Assembly: GCA_902805775.1 (NCBI GenBank)
Contig: CADCUB010000104.1
Span: forward strand, 3,431-67,430
DNA from: an uncultured Frankineae bacterium
Lineage (GTDB): Bacteria > Actinomycetota > Actinomycetes > Mycobacteriales > SCTD01
Length of the DNA stretch: 64,000 nt
Reading direction: 5' to 3'
Below are positions 40,596-48,513 of this stretch, one piece after another. Under the pieces are notes generated by a model. That model did no database searches. It was not told the DNA's origin and saw only the letters and a list, made by a program, of their open reading frames with translations. A program made the translations under genes and the position numbers. Positions within the stretch are counted from its first letter, which is position 1; the number at the start of each line of letters is the position of its first letter.

Positions 40596-41915
40596 TCAGC
40601 GTGAGGCGAGGTCGGGGAAGCAGCGCTCGAGCACGGAGTTGCCGAACACCCCGGACGGGTCGAGCTCCCGTACCAGCGCGACGAAGTCGTCGTAGCGGTC
40701 GTAGCGCTCGCGCAGCTCGCCGGCGGAGGTCGCGAACAGCTTGGCCCAGTGGGGGCGCGCGCCGAACGGCGCCAGGCACCGCTCGACGGCGCGCACCACG
40801 GGCAGGACCGCCACCTCGTCGCGCAGCCAGGTGAAGTGCACGGCGACGGTGTCGCGTCCGGCGCTCGGGCTGAGCCACAGCGGCTCGGCGGCGATCGTGC
40901 GGAGCTCCCCGACGTGCAGGACCGGCGCGATCGCGTCCTGCAGCCCGGCCAGTGCCGCCAGGGCGTCGGGCGCGTCCTCGCGCCGCAGGAACCACTCCGA
41001 CTGCAGCTCGTCGCCGCTGCTCGGGGTGAACTCGAGGCGGAAGTACGGCAGGCGGGCGTGCCACGGACCACGCGCCCCCAGCTGCTCGGTGCACACGGTG
41101 CCGGACAGCCCGGGGACCGGGTGGCGGGGGCCGGTCGCACGGGTCGCACCCAGCCAGCGCTCGGGGGCGTCACCGGCACCGCCCGCTCCGCCCTCGTCGT
41201 CCTGCGTGACGCGCAGGCGGCGCCAGACCTGCGGCACGTCGCCGCCGCGCCAGTCGTCGAAGACGCTCACGCTGTAGCCGGCGCCGAGCACCTCGTCGAG
41301 GCGGTCGGCCAGCACCTGCCGGGGCAGGCGCTCGTAGACGTGCTGGCGCACGTCGTAGGCCGGCTGGACGTCGAGCTCGACGGTCGTCACGACCCCCAGC
41401 GCACCCAGCGCGACCACGCAGCCGTCGAAGCGGTCGCCGTCCTGCTCGCGGGACAGCCGCCGCAGCTCCCCGTCGGCGGTGACCAGCTCCAGCGCGCGCA
41501 CGGCCGAGGCGAGCGTCCCGTTGGTCACTCCCGAGCCGTGCGTGCCGGTGGCGACCGCGCCGCCGACCGAGATGTGCGGCAGGGAGCCGAGGTTGTGCAG
41601 GGCGAAGCCCGCGTCGTGCAGCGGGCCGACCAGCTCGCCGAACCGGGTCCCGGCCGAGACCCGCACGACCTGCGCCGCGGAGTCGACCTCGACGACGCGG
41701 GGCAGGCCGGCGACCGAGACGAGCAGCCCCTCGGTGGCGGCCAGGGCGTTGAAGGAGTGCCCGGTGCCCAGCGCCCGCACGCGGTCGGCCGCCGCCACCT
41801 CGGTGCGCAGCTCGTCGAGCGTGGTGGGACGGGCGGCGCGCCCCGGGGCGAACACGACGTTGCCCGACCAGTTGGTCCGCGGCAGGACCGCAGGGGCGTC
41901 CGGTGAGGTGCGCAC
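40596..41915 (-). CDS. FAD-linked alditol oxidase (AldO/xylitol oxidase-like, VAO family)
   Basis: 439 aa. TNWSGNVVF, covalent-FAD His context GTGHSFN, SLPHISVGGAVATGTHGSG, C-terminal RPHWAKLF. Collinear with Streptomyces AldO as I remember it. Confidence 0.85.
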   Translation of the reverse strand: MRTSPDAPAVLPRTNWSGNVVFAPGRAARPTTLDELRTEVAAADRVRALGTGHSFNALAATEGLLVSVAGLPRVVEVDSAAQVVRVSAGTRFGELVGPLHDAGFALHNLGSLPHISVGGAVATGTHGSGVTNGTLASAVRALELVTADGELRRLSREQDGDRFDGCVVALGALGVVTTVELDVQPAYDVRQHVYERLPRQVLADRLDEVLGAGYSVSVFDDWRGGDVPQVWRRLRVTQDDEGGAGGAGDAPERWLGATRATGPRHPVPGLSGTVCTEQLGARGPWHARLPYFRLEFTPSSGDELQSEWFLRREDAPDALAALAGLQDAIAPVLHVGELRTIAAEPLWLSPSAGRDTVAVHFTWLRDEVAVLPVVRAVERCLAPFGARPHWAKLFATSAGELRERYDRYDDFVALVRELDPSGVFGNSVLERCFPDLASR

Positions 41916-41931
41916 CCGTCCAGTGTGGAGG

Positions 41932-43335
41932 TCAGCCGCCGGTGCGCGGCACCCGCAGCGCGGCGCACCCCGCGAGCAGCGCCGTGCCGGCGGCCAGACC
42001 GAAGGCCAGCCGGTAGCCGGAGTCGCTCGGCACGCCGCCCGCACCCGCGGTGCTGGCCAGCACGGCCGTGGACAGCGCCGAGCCGAACGCGCCGCCGACG
42101 GTCCTCGTCACGGTGTTGATGCCGGTGGCGATCCCCACCTCGCTCTGCTCGACGGCGGCGACGATGAGGTTGGCCATGGACGCGAAGGCGAACGCGACGC
42201 CCGCACCGAGCAGCAGCCCGGCCAGGGCCAGGTGCCACCAGGCGTCGTGCAGGACCGCCAGCAGCCCGAAGGCAGCGGCGGTCAGCAGCGTGCCGATGAG
42301 CAGCGTCGAGCGGAAGCCGATCCGCACGCCGAGCCGGCCGGCCAGCGGGCCGGCGACCAGCTGCCCGGCAGCGCTGGGAGCCAGCAGCAGACCGGCGACC
42401 GTCACCGACGCGCCCAGCCCGTACCCGGTCGACGCGGGCGCCTGGGCGATCTGCGGGATGAGCAGGAAGCCCGAGAACATCGCGAGCCCGACGAGCAGCC
42501 CGGTGAGGTTGGTCGCCAGCACCGCGCGCCGGCGCAGCACCGCGAGCTCGATCAGCGGCGACTCGACCCGCTGCTCCACCGCCAGCCAGGCGACCAGCAG
42601 GGCCGCGCCGGCGACCAGCAGCCCGACGTTCGCCGGCGACCCCCAGCCCAGCGAGGGCGCCTGCGTCACGCCGAGCAGCAGCAGCGCGAGGGCCCCCGAC
42701 AGCAGGAGCGCGCCCGCCCAGTCGATGCGCATGCCCTCGACGGTCGGGGTGCGCGGGACGACGCGGGCCGCGGCCACCGCGGCGGGCAGGGCCACCAGGC
42801 TGATCCAGAAGACGACGGAGGGGTGCGTGGCGTCGACGACCACCCCCGACAGCGGCAGGCCGATGCCCGCCCCCACGCCGAAGACCGAGCTGACCAGGCT
42901 GATCGCCCCGGGGACGCGCTCGCGCGGGAAGGTGTCGCGGATGATCCCGAACGCCAGGGGGAAGACGCCGCCCGCGACGCCCTGCAGCACCCGTCCGGCG
43001 ATGACCAGCTCGATGGAGCCGGCCAGCGCGTTGACGGTGCCGCCGAGTGCGAACAGCGCCAGCACCACCGTGAGCACGCGCCCCTTGCCGTGGACGTCCC
43101 CGAGCTTGCCGATGATCGGTGTGGAGACCGACGCGGACAGCAGGAAGCCGGTGACCACCCAGGACGTCGCGGTCGCGCTCGCGCCGTACTCCTGCCCGAG
43201 CACCGACAGCGCCGGCAGGACGATGGTCTGGGTCAGCGCGAACGACACCCCGGCGGCGAGCAGGACGACCAGGATCGCCGTCGGCGACGCGGGGGACGCC
43301 GACGGGGCGGACGCGCGGGACGGGGTCAGGGTCAC
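41932..43335 (-). CDS. MFS transporter (DHA2/EmrB-like, 14-TM type)
   Basis: Motifs GKLGDVHGKGRVL and GRVLQGVAGG. Start placed at GTG 43335 (GAAGG upstream), because the 43419 start would leave no room for the divergent ahpD-like promoter. Confidence 0.75.
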   Translation of the reverse strand: MTLTPSRASAPSASPASPTAILVVLLAAGVSFALTQTIVLPALSVLGQEYGASATATSWVVTGFLLSASVSTPIIGKLGDVHGKGRVLTVVLALFALGGTVNALAGSIELVIAGRVLQGVAGGVFPLAFGIIRDTFPRERVPGAISLVSSVFGVGAGIGLPLSGVVVDATHPSVVFWISLVALPAAVAAARVVPRTPTVEGMRIDWAGALLLSGALALLLLGVTQAPSLGWGSPANVGLLVAGAALLVAWLAVEQRVESPLIELAVLRRRAVLATNLTGLLVGLAMFSGFLLIPQIAQAPASTGYGLGASVTVAGLLLAPSAAGQLVAGPLAGRLGVRIGFRSTLLIGTLLTAAAFGLLAVLHDAWWHLALAGLLLGAGVAFAFASMANLIVAAVEQSEVGIATGINTVTRTVGGAFGSALSTAVLASTAGAGGVPSDSGYRLAFGLAAGTALLAGCAALRVPRTGG

Positions 43336-43429
43336 GGAGAGCCTTCGGATCGGGGTGCCGGGCTCCGTCGGTGTGCCCCGCGGCTTCCGCGTCACCCGGC
43401 GACGCTGCCCGGTCCCCACCCGCCTGCTC

Positions 43430-43435
43430 TAGGTT
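43430..43435 (+). promoter_or_regulatory. Predicted -10 hexamer TAGGTT, 6 nt upstream of the ATG at 43442 (leaderless)
   Basis: ctcTAGGTTcaccggATG. No SD. Confidence 0.5.
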
Positions 43436-43441
43436 CACCGG

Positions 43442-44017
43442 ATGCAGCCCGTCAGCCGCTTCCCGGTCCCCGACGTCGCCGACCTCCCGGAGGACCTGCG
43501 CGAGCGCATCCTCGCCGTCCAGGAGAAGACCGGTTTCGTGCCCAACGTCTTCCTGGCGCTGGCGCACCGGCCCGCCGAGCTGCGGGCGTTCCTCGCCTAC
43601 CACGACGCCCTCATGGAGGGCGACGGCGGACTGACCAAGGCCGAGCGCGAGATGATCGTCGTGGCGACCAGCGCCGCCCGCTCGTGCACCTACTGCGTGG
43701 TCGCGCACGGCGCCATCCTGCGCATCCGGGCGCGCGACCCCCTGCTGGCCGACCTCGTCGCCACCAACTACCGGTCGGCGGGGCTGCCGGAGCGGCAGCG
43801 GCGAATGCTGGACTTCGCCGTGAAGCTGTCGACGACCCCGGAGCTCGTGGAGGAGCGCGACCTGGACGTGCTGCGGGCCGCGGGCTTCGACGACGAGCAG
43901 GTGTGGGACATCAGCGCCATCACCAGCTTCTTCGCGCTGTCGAACCGGATGGCGCTGGTCATGGCGCTCAGGCCCAACGAGCAGTTCCACCTGCTCGGCC
44001 GGGTCCCCCGCAGCTGA
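43442..44017 (+). CDS. AhpD-like / carboxymuconolactone-decarboxylase-family peroxidase-related enzyme
   Basis: 191 aa. CMD domain with CxxC-type motif SCTYCVVAHG. N-terminal FPVPDVADLPEDL is typical of the peroxidase-related subfamily. Confidence 0.85.
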   Translation: MQPVSRFPVPDVADLPEDLRERILAVQEKTGFVPNVFLALAHRPAELRAFLAYHDALMEGDGGLTKAEREMIVVATSAARSCTYCVVAHGAILRIRARDPLLADLVATNYRSAGLPERQRRMLDFAVKLSTTPELVEERDLDVLRAAGFDDEQVWDISAITSFFALSNRMALVMALRPNEQFHLLGRVPRS

Positions 44018-44036
44018 CCGGCCGGTGTAGCAGGCG

Positions 44037-45011
44037 TCAGCGGAGCTCGTCGGCCAGGACCACGACGACCTTGCCGCGGAGCCGGCCGGAGCGGGCGTGC
44101 GCGTGCGCACCGGCCACCTCCTCGAGGGGGTAGGCGCGGTCCAGCGGCACCCGCAGCCGCCCGGTGTCGACCAGGTCGGCCAGGTGCGCGAGGTCGACCG
44201 GTGAGCGCCGGGTCGCGACCGCGGTGGTCCGCGGGGTACGTCGCGACGCGGCGTCCCGCAGCACGTCGACCGACACCGGCCGGGTGGAGACCAGGACCCC
44301 GTCGGCGGTGAGCACCGGCCGGACCTGCGCGAAGCGCAGCGCTCCCGGGACGTCGAGCACGACGTCCCAGCGCTCGCCGCGGGCGAGGACGTCCTGCTCG
44401 TGCCGGTCGACCACGACGTCGGCGCCCAGCGCCCGCACGTGCTCCGCCCGCGGCGCGTCGGCCACCGCGGTGACGTGCGCCCCCGCCAGCCGGGCGAGCT
44501 GGACCGCGAACGACCCGATGCCTCCCGCGGCTCCGACCACCAGCACCCGGGCCGCCGGCCGGGCGGGCAGGGCGGCCCGCCCGTGCAGGGCCTGCAGCGC
44601 CGTGAGCCCCGCCAGCGGGATCGCCGCCGCCTCGGACAGCCCGGTCGAGCGCGGCGCGCGGGCCGCCCTGCCCTGACGCACCAGGACGTGGTCGGCCTGC
44701 GCCCCGCCGCCGTGCCCGAGCAGCGTCATGACGCGGTCGCCGACCGAGAAGCCGGTCACGGCCGGTCCGCACGCCACCACCTCGCCGGCCAGGTCGAAGC
44801 CGGGCGCGATCCGGCGACCGGTGACGGCGTGCGCGACCCGCCCGGCCCGCGCCAGGCCCAGGTCGGTGCCGTTGATGCTCGAGGCCGCCACCCGTACCAG
44901 CAGCTGGTCCCCGGCCGGAGGTGGCGGCGCTGCCGCCGCCACGACCCGCGGCACGAGGGCGCCGCCCTCCCGCACGAGGCGCACCGCGCGGCTGGGCGCG
45001 GGCCCGCTCAT
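44037..45011 (-). CDS. MDR-family NADPH:quinone reductase-like oxidoreductase
   Basis: 324 aa from the ATG at 45011 (ATGA overlap with the upstream stop). VVGAAGGIGSFAVQLA cofactor motif. Confidence 0.8.
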   Translation of the reverse strand: MSGPAPSRAVRLVREGGALVPRVVAAAAPPPPAGDQLLVRVAASSINGTDLGLARAGRVAHAVTGRRIAPGFDLAGEVVACGPAVTGFSVGDRVMTLLGHGGGAQADHVLVRQGRAARAPRSTGLSEAAAIPLAGLTALQALHGRAALPARPAARVLVVGAAGGIGSFAVQLARLAGAHVTAVADAPRAEHVRALGADVVVDRHEQDVLARGERWDVVLDVPGALRFAQVRPVLTADGVLVSTRPVSVDVLRDAASRRTPRTTAVATRRSPVDLAHLADLVDTGRLRVPLDRAYPLEEVAGAHAHARSGRLRGKVVVVLADELR

Positions 45012-45628
45012 CGCCCGGCGACGAGCGGTGCCTGCTGCAGGTAGCCGCGCTCGGCCACCAGGTCGGCCAGGAAGGCCGCGAGGTCGGCCCGGGGAAGGGA
45101 CGTCCTGCGCGGTGAGCGGTCGGCGGAGTGCTCGAGCCGTCCCGTCGCCGGGCCGTCCACCAGACGCGGCGCGCGCACCAGCGTCCAGTCCAGCCCGCTG
45201 GCCACCCACGCCTCCCGCTCGAGCGCCTTGTCGCGCACCGCCTCCCCGCCCAGCCGGCGCACCAGGGCCGAGATGACCCGGTCCCGCCGCGACTTGCGGT
45301 CGCCCGGGACGTCGATGCCCGCTCCGCTGACCCCGACGAAGCGCCGCACTCCCGCCTCGCGCATGGCCGTGACGAGCAGGGGCGTCATGTCGCGGTGCAG
45401 CGTGGCGTCGCCGCGACGCGGCCCGAGGGCGGACACCACCGCGTCGGACCCCGCGACGAGCTGCCGCAGCGCGCCGGCGTCGCGCGCGTCACCGGTGACC
45501 CAGCGCACCTGCGGCGGTCCCGAGCCGGCGTCGCGCCGCAGCGCCACGACGTCGTGCCCGCGGTCCACCAGCTCCTGCAGCAGCAGCCTTCCCGTCGCCC
45601 CGGTCCCGCCCAGCACCGCGATCCGCAT
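45008..45628 (-). CDS. NAD(P)H-binding atypical SDR (NmrA/BVR-B-like)
   Basis: 206 aa from the ATG at 45628, with strong SD GGAGGAGG. N-terminal MRIAVLGGTGATG. Confidence 0.8.
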   Translation of the reverse strand: MRIAVLGGTGATGRLLLQELVDRGHDVVALRRDAGSGPPQVRWVTGDARDAGALRQLVAGSDAVVSALGPRRGDATLHRDMTPLLVTAMREAGVRRFVGVSGAGIDVPGDRKSRRDRVISALVRRLGGEAVRDKALEREAWVASGLDWTLVRAPRLVDGPATGRLEHSADRSPRRTSLPRADLAAFLADLVAERGYLQQAPLVAGR

Positions 45629-45653
45629 CCTGCCTCCTCCGCTCCCTGTCGTG

Positions 45654-45664
45654 TGTACGGTACA
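45654..45664. promoter_or_regulatory. Palindrome TGTACgGTACA in the 39-bp divergent region (candidate MarR operator overlapping both -10 elements)
   Basis: 5-bp arms around one central nt. Contains TACGGT (plus strand, 6 nt before the marR GTG at 45668, leaderless) and TACCGT (minus strand, upstream of the SDR gene SD). Confidence 0.35.
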
Positions 45665-45667
45665 GGT

Positions 45668-46189
45668 GTGCAGTCGTCCCGGCCCGGCGACCTGGAGGCG
45701 GTCGACGAGGCCCTCGTGCGGCTGCGACGGCTGTGGACCGCGTCCCGGGCGCACGTGCTCGACGAGCTCGGCGAGCGGGTGGAGATGTCGAGCGTGCTCG
45801 TCGTGGAGGCGTGCGCCCGGACGGAGGCGGCCGGCGCCGGCGCAGAGGTCACGGTCGGCGACGTCGCCGTCTTCCTCGACGTCGATCCGTCGACGGCCAG
45901 CCGCCTGGTGGAGCGGGCGGCTCGCGCCGGCCTGGTCCACCGCACCCCGTCGTCCGTGGACGGCCGCAGGGCGGCGCTGGTCCTGACCCCGTCCGGACGG
46001 GCGCTGCGGGCACGGGCCGCGTCGTCACGGCGAGCGTGGCTCGGCGCGGTCGTTGCGGACTGGCCCGACGAGGAGGTGCTGGCCCTCGCCCGCCTGCTGC
46101 ACCGCTTCTCCGCGGCGGTCTCGGCCGCGCCCGGTCCGGCGGCGGCGCTCAGGTCGCCCGGCGCCGACGGGCCGGCGCCGGGCCGGTGA
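45668..46189 (+). CDS. MarR-family transcriptional regulator
   Basis: About 173 aa. Winged helix VGDVAVFLDVDPSTASRLVERAARAGLVHRTPSSVDGRRAALVLTPSG. The track ORF 45128..46189 is over-extended. Confidence 0.75.
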   Translation: MQSSRPGDLEAVDEALVRLRRLWTASRAHVLDELGERVEMSSVLVVEACARTEAAGAGAEVTVGDVAVFLDVDPSTASRLVERAARAGLVHRTPSSVDGRRAALVLTPSGRALRARAASSRRAWLGAVVADWPDEEVLALARLLHRFSAAVSAAPGPAAALRSPGADGPAPGR

Positions 46190-46469
46190 AGATCGCCAGC
46201 AGCTCGTCGACCTCGTGCGCGGCGGTCGTCGGGTGCCGGAACGGCCGGTGCGGCTCGATCGCGTAGTGCGTGCGGCGGCCGACGCGCTCGCGGCGCAGGT
46301 AGCCGGCGTCCTCGAGCTCGCGCAGGACGTTCAGCGCTCCGCGGGGCGTCATCCCCACCCGGGCCGCGACGTCCGCGACCCGCATGTCCGGGTCGCGGGC
46401 GACCGTCAGCAGCACGTGCCCGTGGTTGGTGAGGAACGTCCAGTCGCCGGCCACCGGCTCAGTCCGCAC
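46149..46469 (-). CDS. Small winged-helix (ArsR/MarR-like) DNA-binding protein
   Basis: 106 aa. WTFLTNHGHVLLTVARDPDMRVADVAARVGMTPRGALNVLRELEDAGYLRRERVGRR. GTG at 46469 overlaps the upstream stop by 11 nt (alternative GTG 46454). Confidence 0.75.
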   Translation of the reverse strand: MRTEPVAGDWTFLTNHGHVLLTVARDPDMRVADVAARVGMTPRGALNVLRELEDAGYLRRERVGRRTHYAIEPHRPFRHPTTAAHEVDELLAIFTGPAPARRRRAT

Positions 46470-47577
46470 GCAGCGTCAGGGCGACCCCCTCGTGGTCGGC
46501 GAGCGCACCGTCGTCGACCAGGGCCACCCAGCCACCGCGGTCCAGGACCAGCTCGATGAGCTCGTCGACGGCGTCGTCGACGACGTCGGGGTGCTCGACG
46601 TCGGAGGCCGGCAGCAGCAGGTCGCCGTCGCTGCTCAGCCGCGCCGGGTAGAAGAGCCCCTGCTCGACCGCGAGCATCTCCGGGCGCTCGCGCCGGGCCG
46701 CCAGCCAGGCCGACTGCATCCCCGAGACCACCCGGGAGGCCCCCGCGCGCCGCTCCAGCAGCGACAGGGCCTCGCCCTGCCGCGACAGCAGGTAGCGCTC
46801 CAGGACCGGGGCGATGCGCGCCGACAGCTCGGGCAGCGGCGCGGTCGCGACGTTGGCGGCAACGGTGCCCGCGAGGCGGCCGACGTTCGCCGACGACCGG
46901 ACGAAGGCCGCCACCAGCTTGTCCGGGCCGGCCACGACCAGCGGCGCGGGGTGCAGCCGCAGGTAGGCGCCCAGGGCCCGGTCGACCGAGCGCAGGAACG
47001 CCGCGGTGTCGGCCTCCTGCAGCTTGGGACGGGCGGCCTGGGACGCGCGCTCCCGCCCGTTGCGCAGGGGGAAGGACCCGCGCACGGCGGGCCGCAGCGT
47101 TCCGGCGACCCCGTCGAGCAGCCGCGCCTCGCGACCGCTCAGCAGCAGCACCACGTGGCGCGGCGTGCGGTGCAGCGCCCGGACCAGGTCGCGGGTGGCG
47201 AACGTCGGGTCGACGACGACGCGGTCGCGCACGGAGACCGGCAGGTGCACGGTGGTCGCCGTGCTCCGGCCCGCGAACACGGCCACGGCGGCGCTGGTCG
47301 CGCCGGTGGTCGCCGCGTCCACCTGCAGGTCCAGCGCCGACCGCACCGCGTCCGCCTCCGGCAGGCCCTCGCTGCGCAGCCGGTGTGCGGCCTGCGCCGC
47401 CAGTCGCCGCAGGGAGCGCGCGTCGTCGGTGGTCATGACGGGAGCCGGTGTGGTGGTCAGCAGCAGCGAGACGGACGGGTAGCTCCGGACGGCCTGCAGC
47501 AGCACCACCTGCTCGGCCGTCGGCAGGAGCACCCGCGGAACGCGCTCGGCAGGGGCGGTGAGGTCGACAGCGGTCAT
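46459..47577 (-). CDS. eRF1/Pelota-like protein (bacterial archaeo-eukaryotic release-factor-like, baeRF-type); function unknown
   Basis: 372 aa from the ATG at 47577, with SD GAAGGAG. High GC3. Motif layout PSVSLLLTTTP ... VAVFAG ... HVVLLLSGREARLL ... RVVSGMQSAWLAARRERPEMLAVEQG resembles my memory of the baeRF family profiles. No GGQ. The gene is well supported; the family call is tentative. Confidence 0.6.
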   Translation of the reverse strand: MTAVDLTAPAERVPRVLLPTAEQVVLLQAVRSYPSVSLLLTTTPAPVMTTDDARSLRRLAAQAAHRLRSEGLPEADAVRSALDLQVDAATTGATSAAVAVFAGRSTATTVHLPVSVRDRVVVDPTFATRDLVRALHRTPRHVVLLLSGREARLLDGVAGTLRPAVRGSFPLRNGRERASQAARPKLQEADTAAFLRSVDRALGAYLRLHPAPLVVAGPDKLVAAFVRSSANVGRLAGTVAANVATAPLPELSARIAPVLERYLLSRQGEALSLLERRAGASRVVSGMQSAWLAARRERPEMLAVEQGLFYPARLSSDGDLLLPASDVEHPDVVDDAVDELIELVLDRGGWVALVDDGALADHEGVALTLRAD

Positions 47578-47803
47578 GGCGGGGCTCCTTCGGGAGAGGT
47601 CGTACGGGCTCGGATGTCCTCGACCGGAGGTCTCTCCCAGCCCGTCGCCCGGGCCCGCCCCGCCGGACCCCGGAGCGGGGACGTCCTGACGACGAGGCGC
47701 TCGGGGGTACTCCCCTCCACGCCCGACCAGTGAACTGTGCTTCACCTGTGCTGTCAACCCGGGAGGGACCGCTGCTCGTGGCCGGGCTGGGTAGGCAGAC
47801 CCC

Positions 47804-48508
47804 ATGACCTCCTCGTCCCTGACCTCCTCGTGGGCGGTGTGCGGCATCGCCGCCGCTGCCGCCCGCTTCGTCCCCGTGCCGCTGCTCGACGACGTCATCC
47901 GCGAGCGGGCGACCCGGGTCGCCGTCCTCAGGACGGTGCGGGCACACGGCCGCGACCTGCCCGCCGACGCGCTCGCGCCGCTGTGGGGCGAGCGGGAGGG
48001 TCAGGCCTCCGGACTGCGCCGCCGCCTGCGGGGCGCGCCGGCGCGGCTGCTGCTGTTCCCCGTCCGCAAGTACACGGCGCTGTTCGGAGCGGTGCGCGGC
48101 GTGCCGACCGACGTCATGCGCGTGGTGCTGCTGGCCCGCACCGTCGACCGCAGGCTCGACCGTGGCGAGCTCGCCGGCGTCGACCGCCTGCCCGAGCAGG
48201 CCCGCGCGCTGCGGCGCGCCGTCGACGAGGCGATCGACGAGATGGACCTGCGGCTGCTCACCGCCGCGCTGGGCGAGGTGCTGTCGCAGAGCCGCGACCT
48301 CACCACCGCCGCCGTCGCGTACGTCCGGCGCCGCTCGAGCGCGCCCGACGCCGACCCGGCCGCCGACCCCGACCTCGAACCGGGCGCCGACGACCCGCTC
48401 GCGGACGGCGCGCAGCGGGTGAGCGAGGTGCTGCGCCGGCCGGACGTCGCCGAGCTGCTCGCGCGCTTCGACCGCCAGGTCGACGCCCACCTGTCGGCGG
48501 GGGGCTGA
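47804..48508 (+). CDS. Hypothetical protein (Arg/Ala-rich, no recognised domain)
   Basis: 234 aa. Near-uniform G/C at third positions throughout. Ends 5 nt before the epimerase start. Confidence 0.6.
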   Translation: MTSSSLTSSWAVCGIAAAAARFVPVPLLDDVIRERATRVAVLRTVRAHGRDLPADALAPLWGEREGQASGLRRRLRGAPARLLLFPVRKYTALFGAVRGVPTDVMRVVLLARTVDRRLDRGELAGVDRLPEQARALRRAVDEAIDEMDLRLLTAALGEVLSQSRDLTTAAVAYVRRRSSAPDADPAADPDLEPGADDPLADGAQRVSEVLRRPDVAELLARFDRQVDAHLSAGG

Positions 48509-48513
48509 CGACC

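Noticed and set aside
43336-43419. A longer N-terminus for the DHA2 MFS transporter (track start at 43419).
   Set aside because: It would place the start 22 nt from the divergent ahpD-like ATG and on top of that gene's -10 element. The extension (MGTGQRRRVTRKPRGTPTEPGTPIRRLS) is non-hydrophobic and low in complexity. GTG 43335 has a GAAGG SD-like element.
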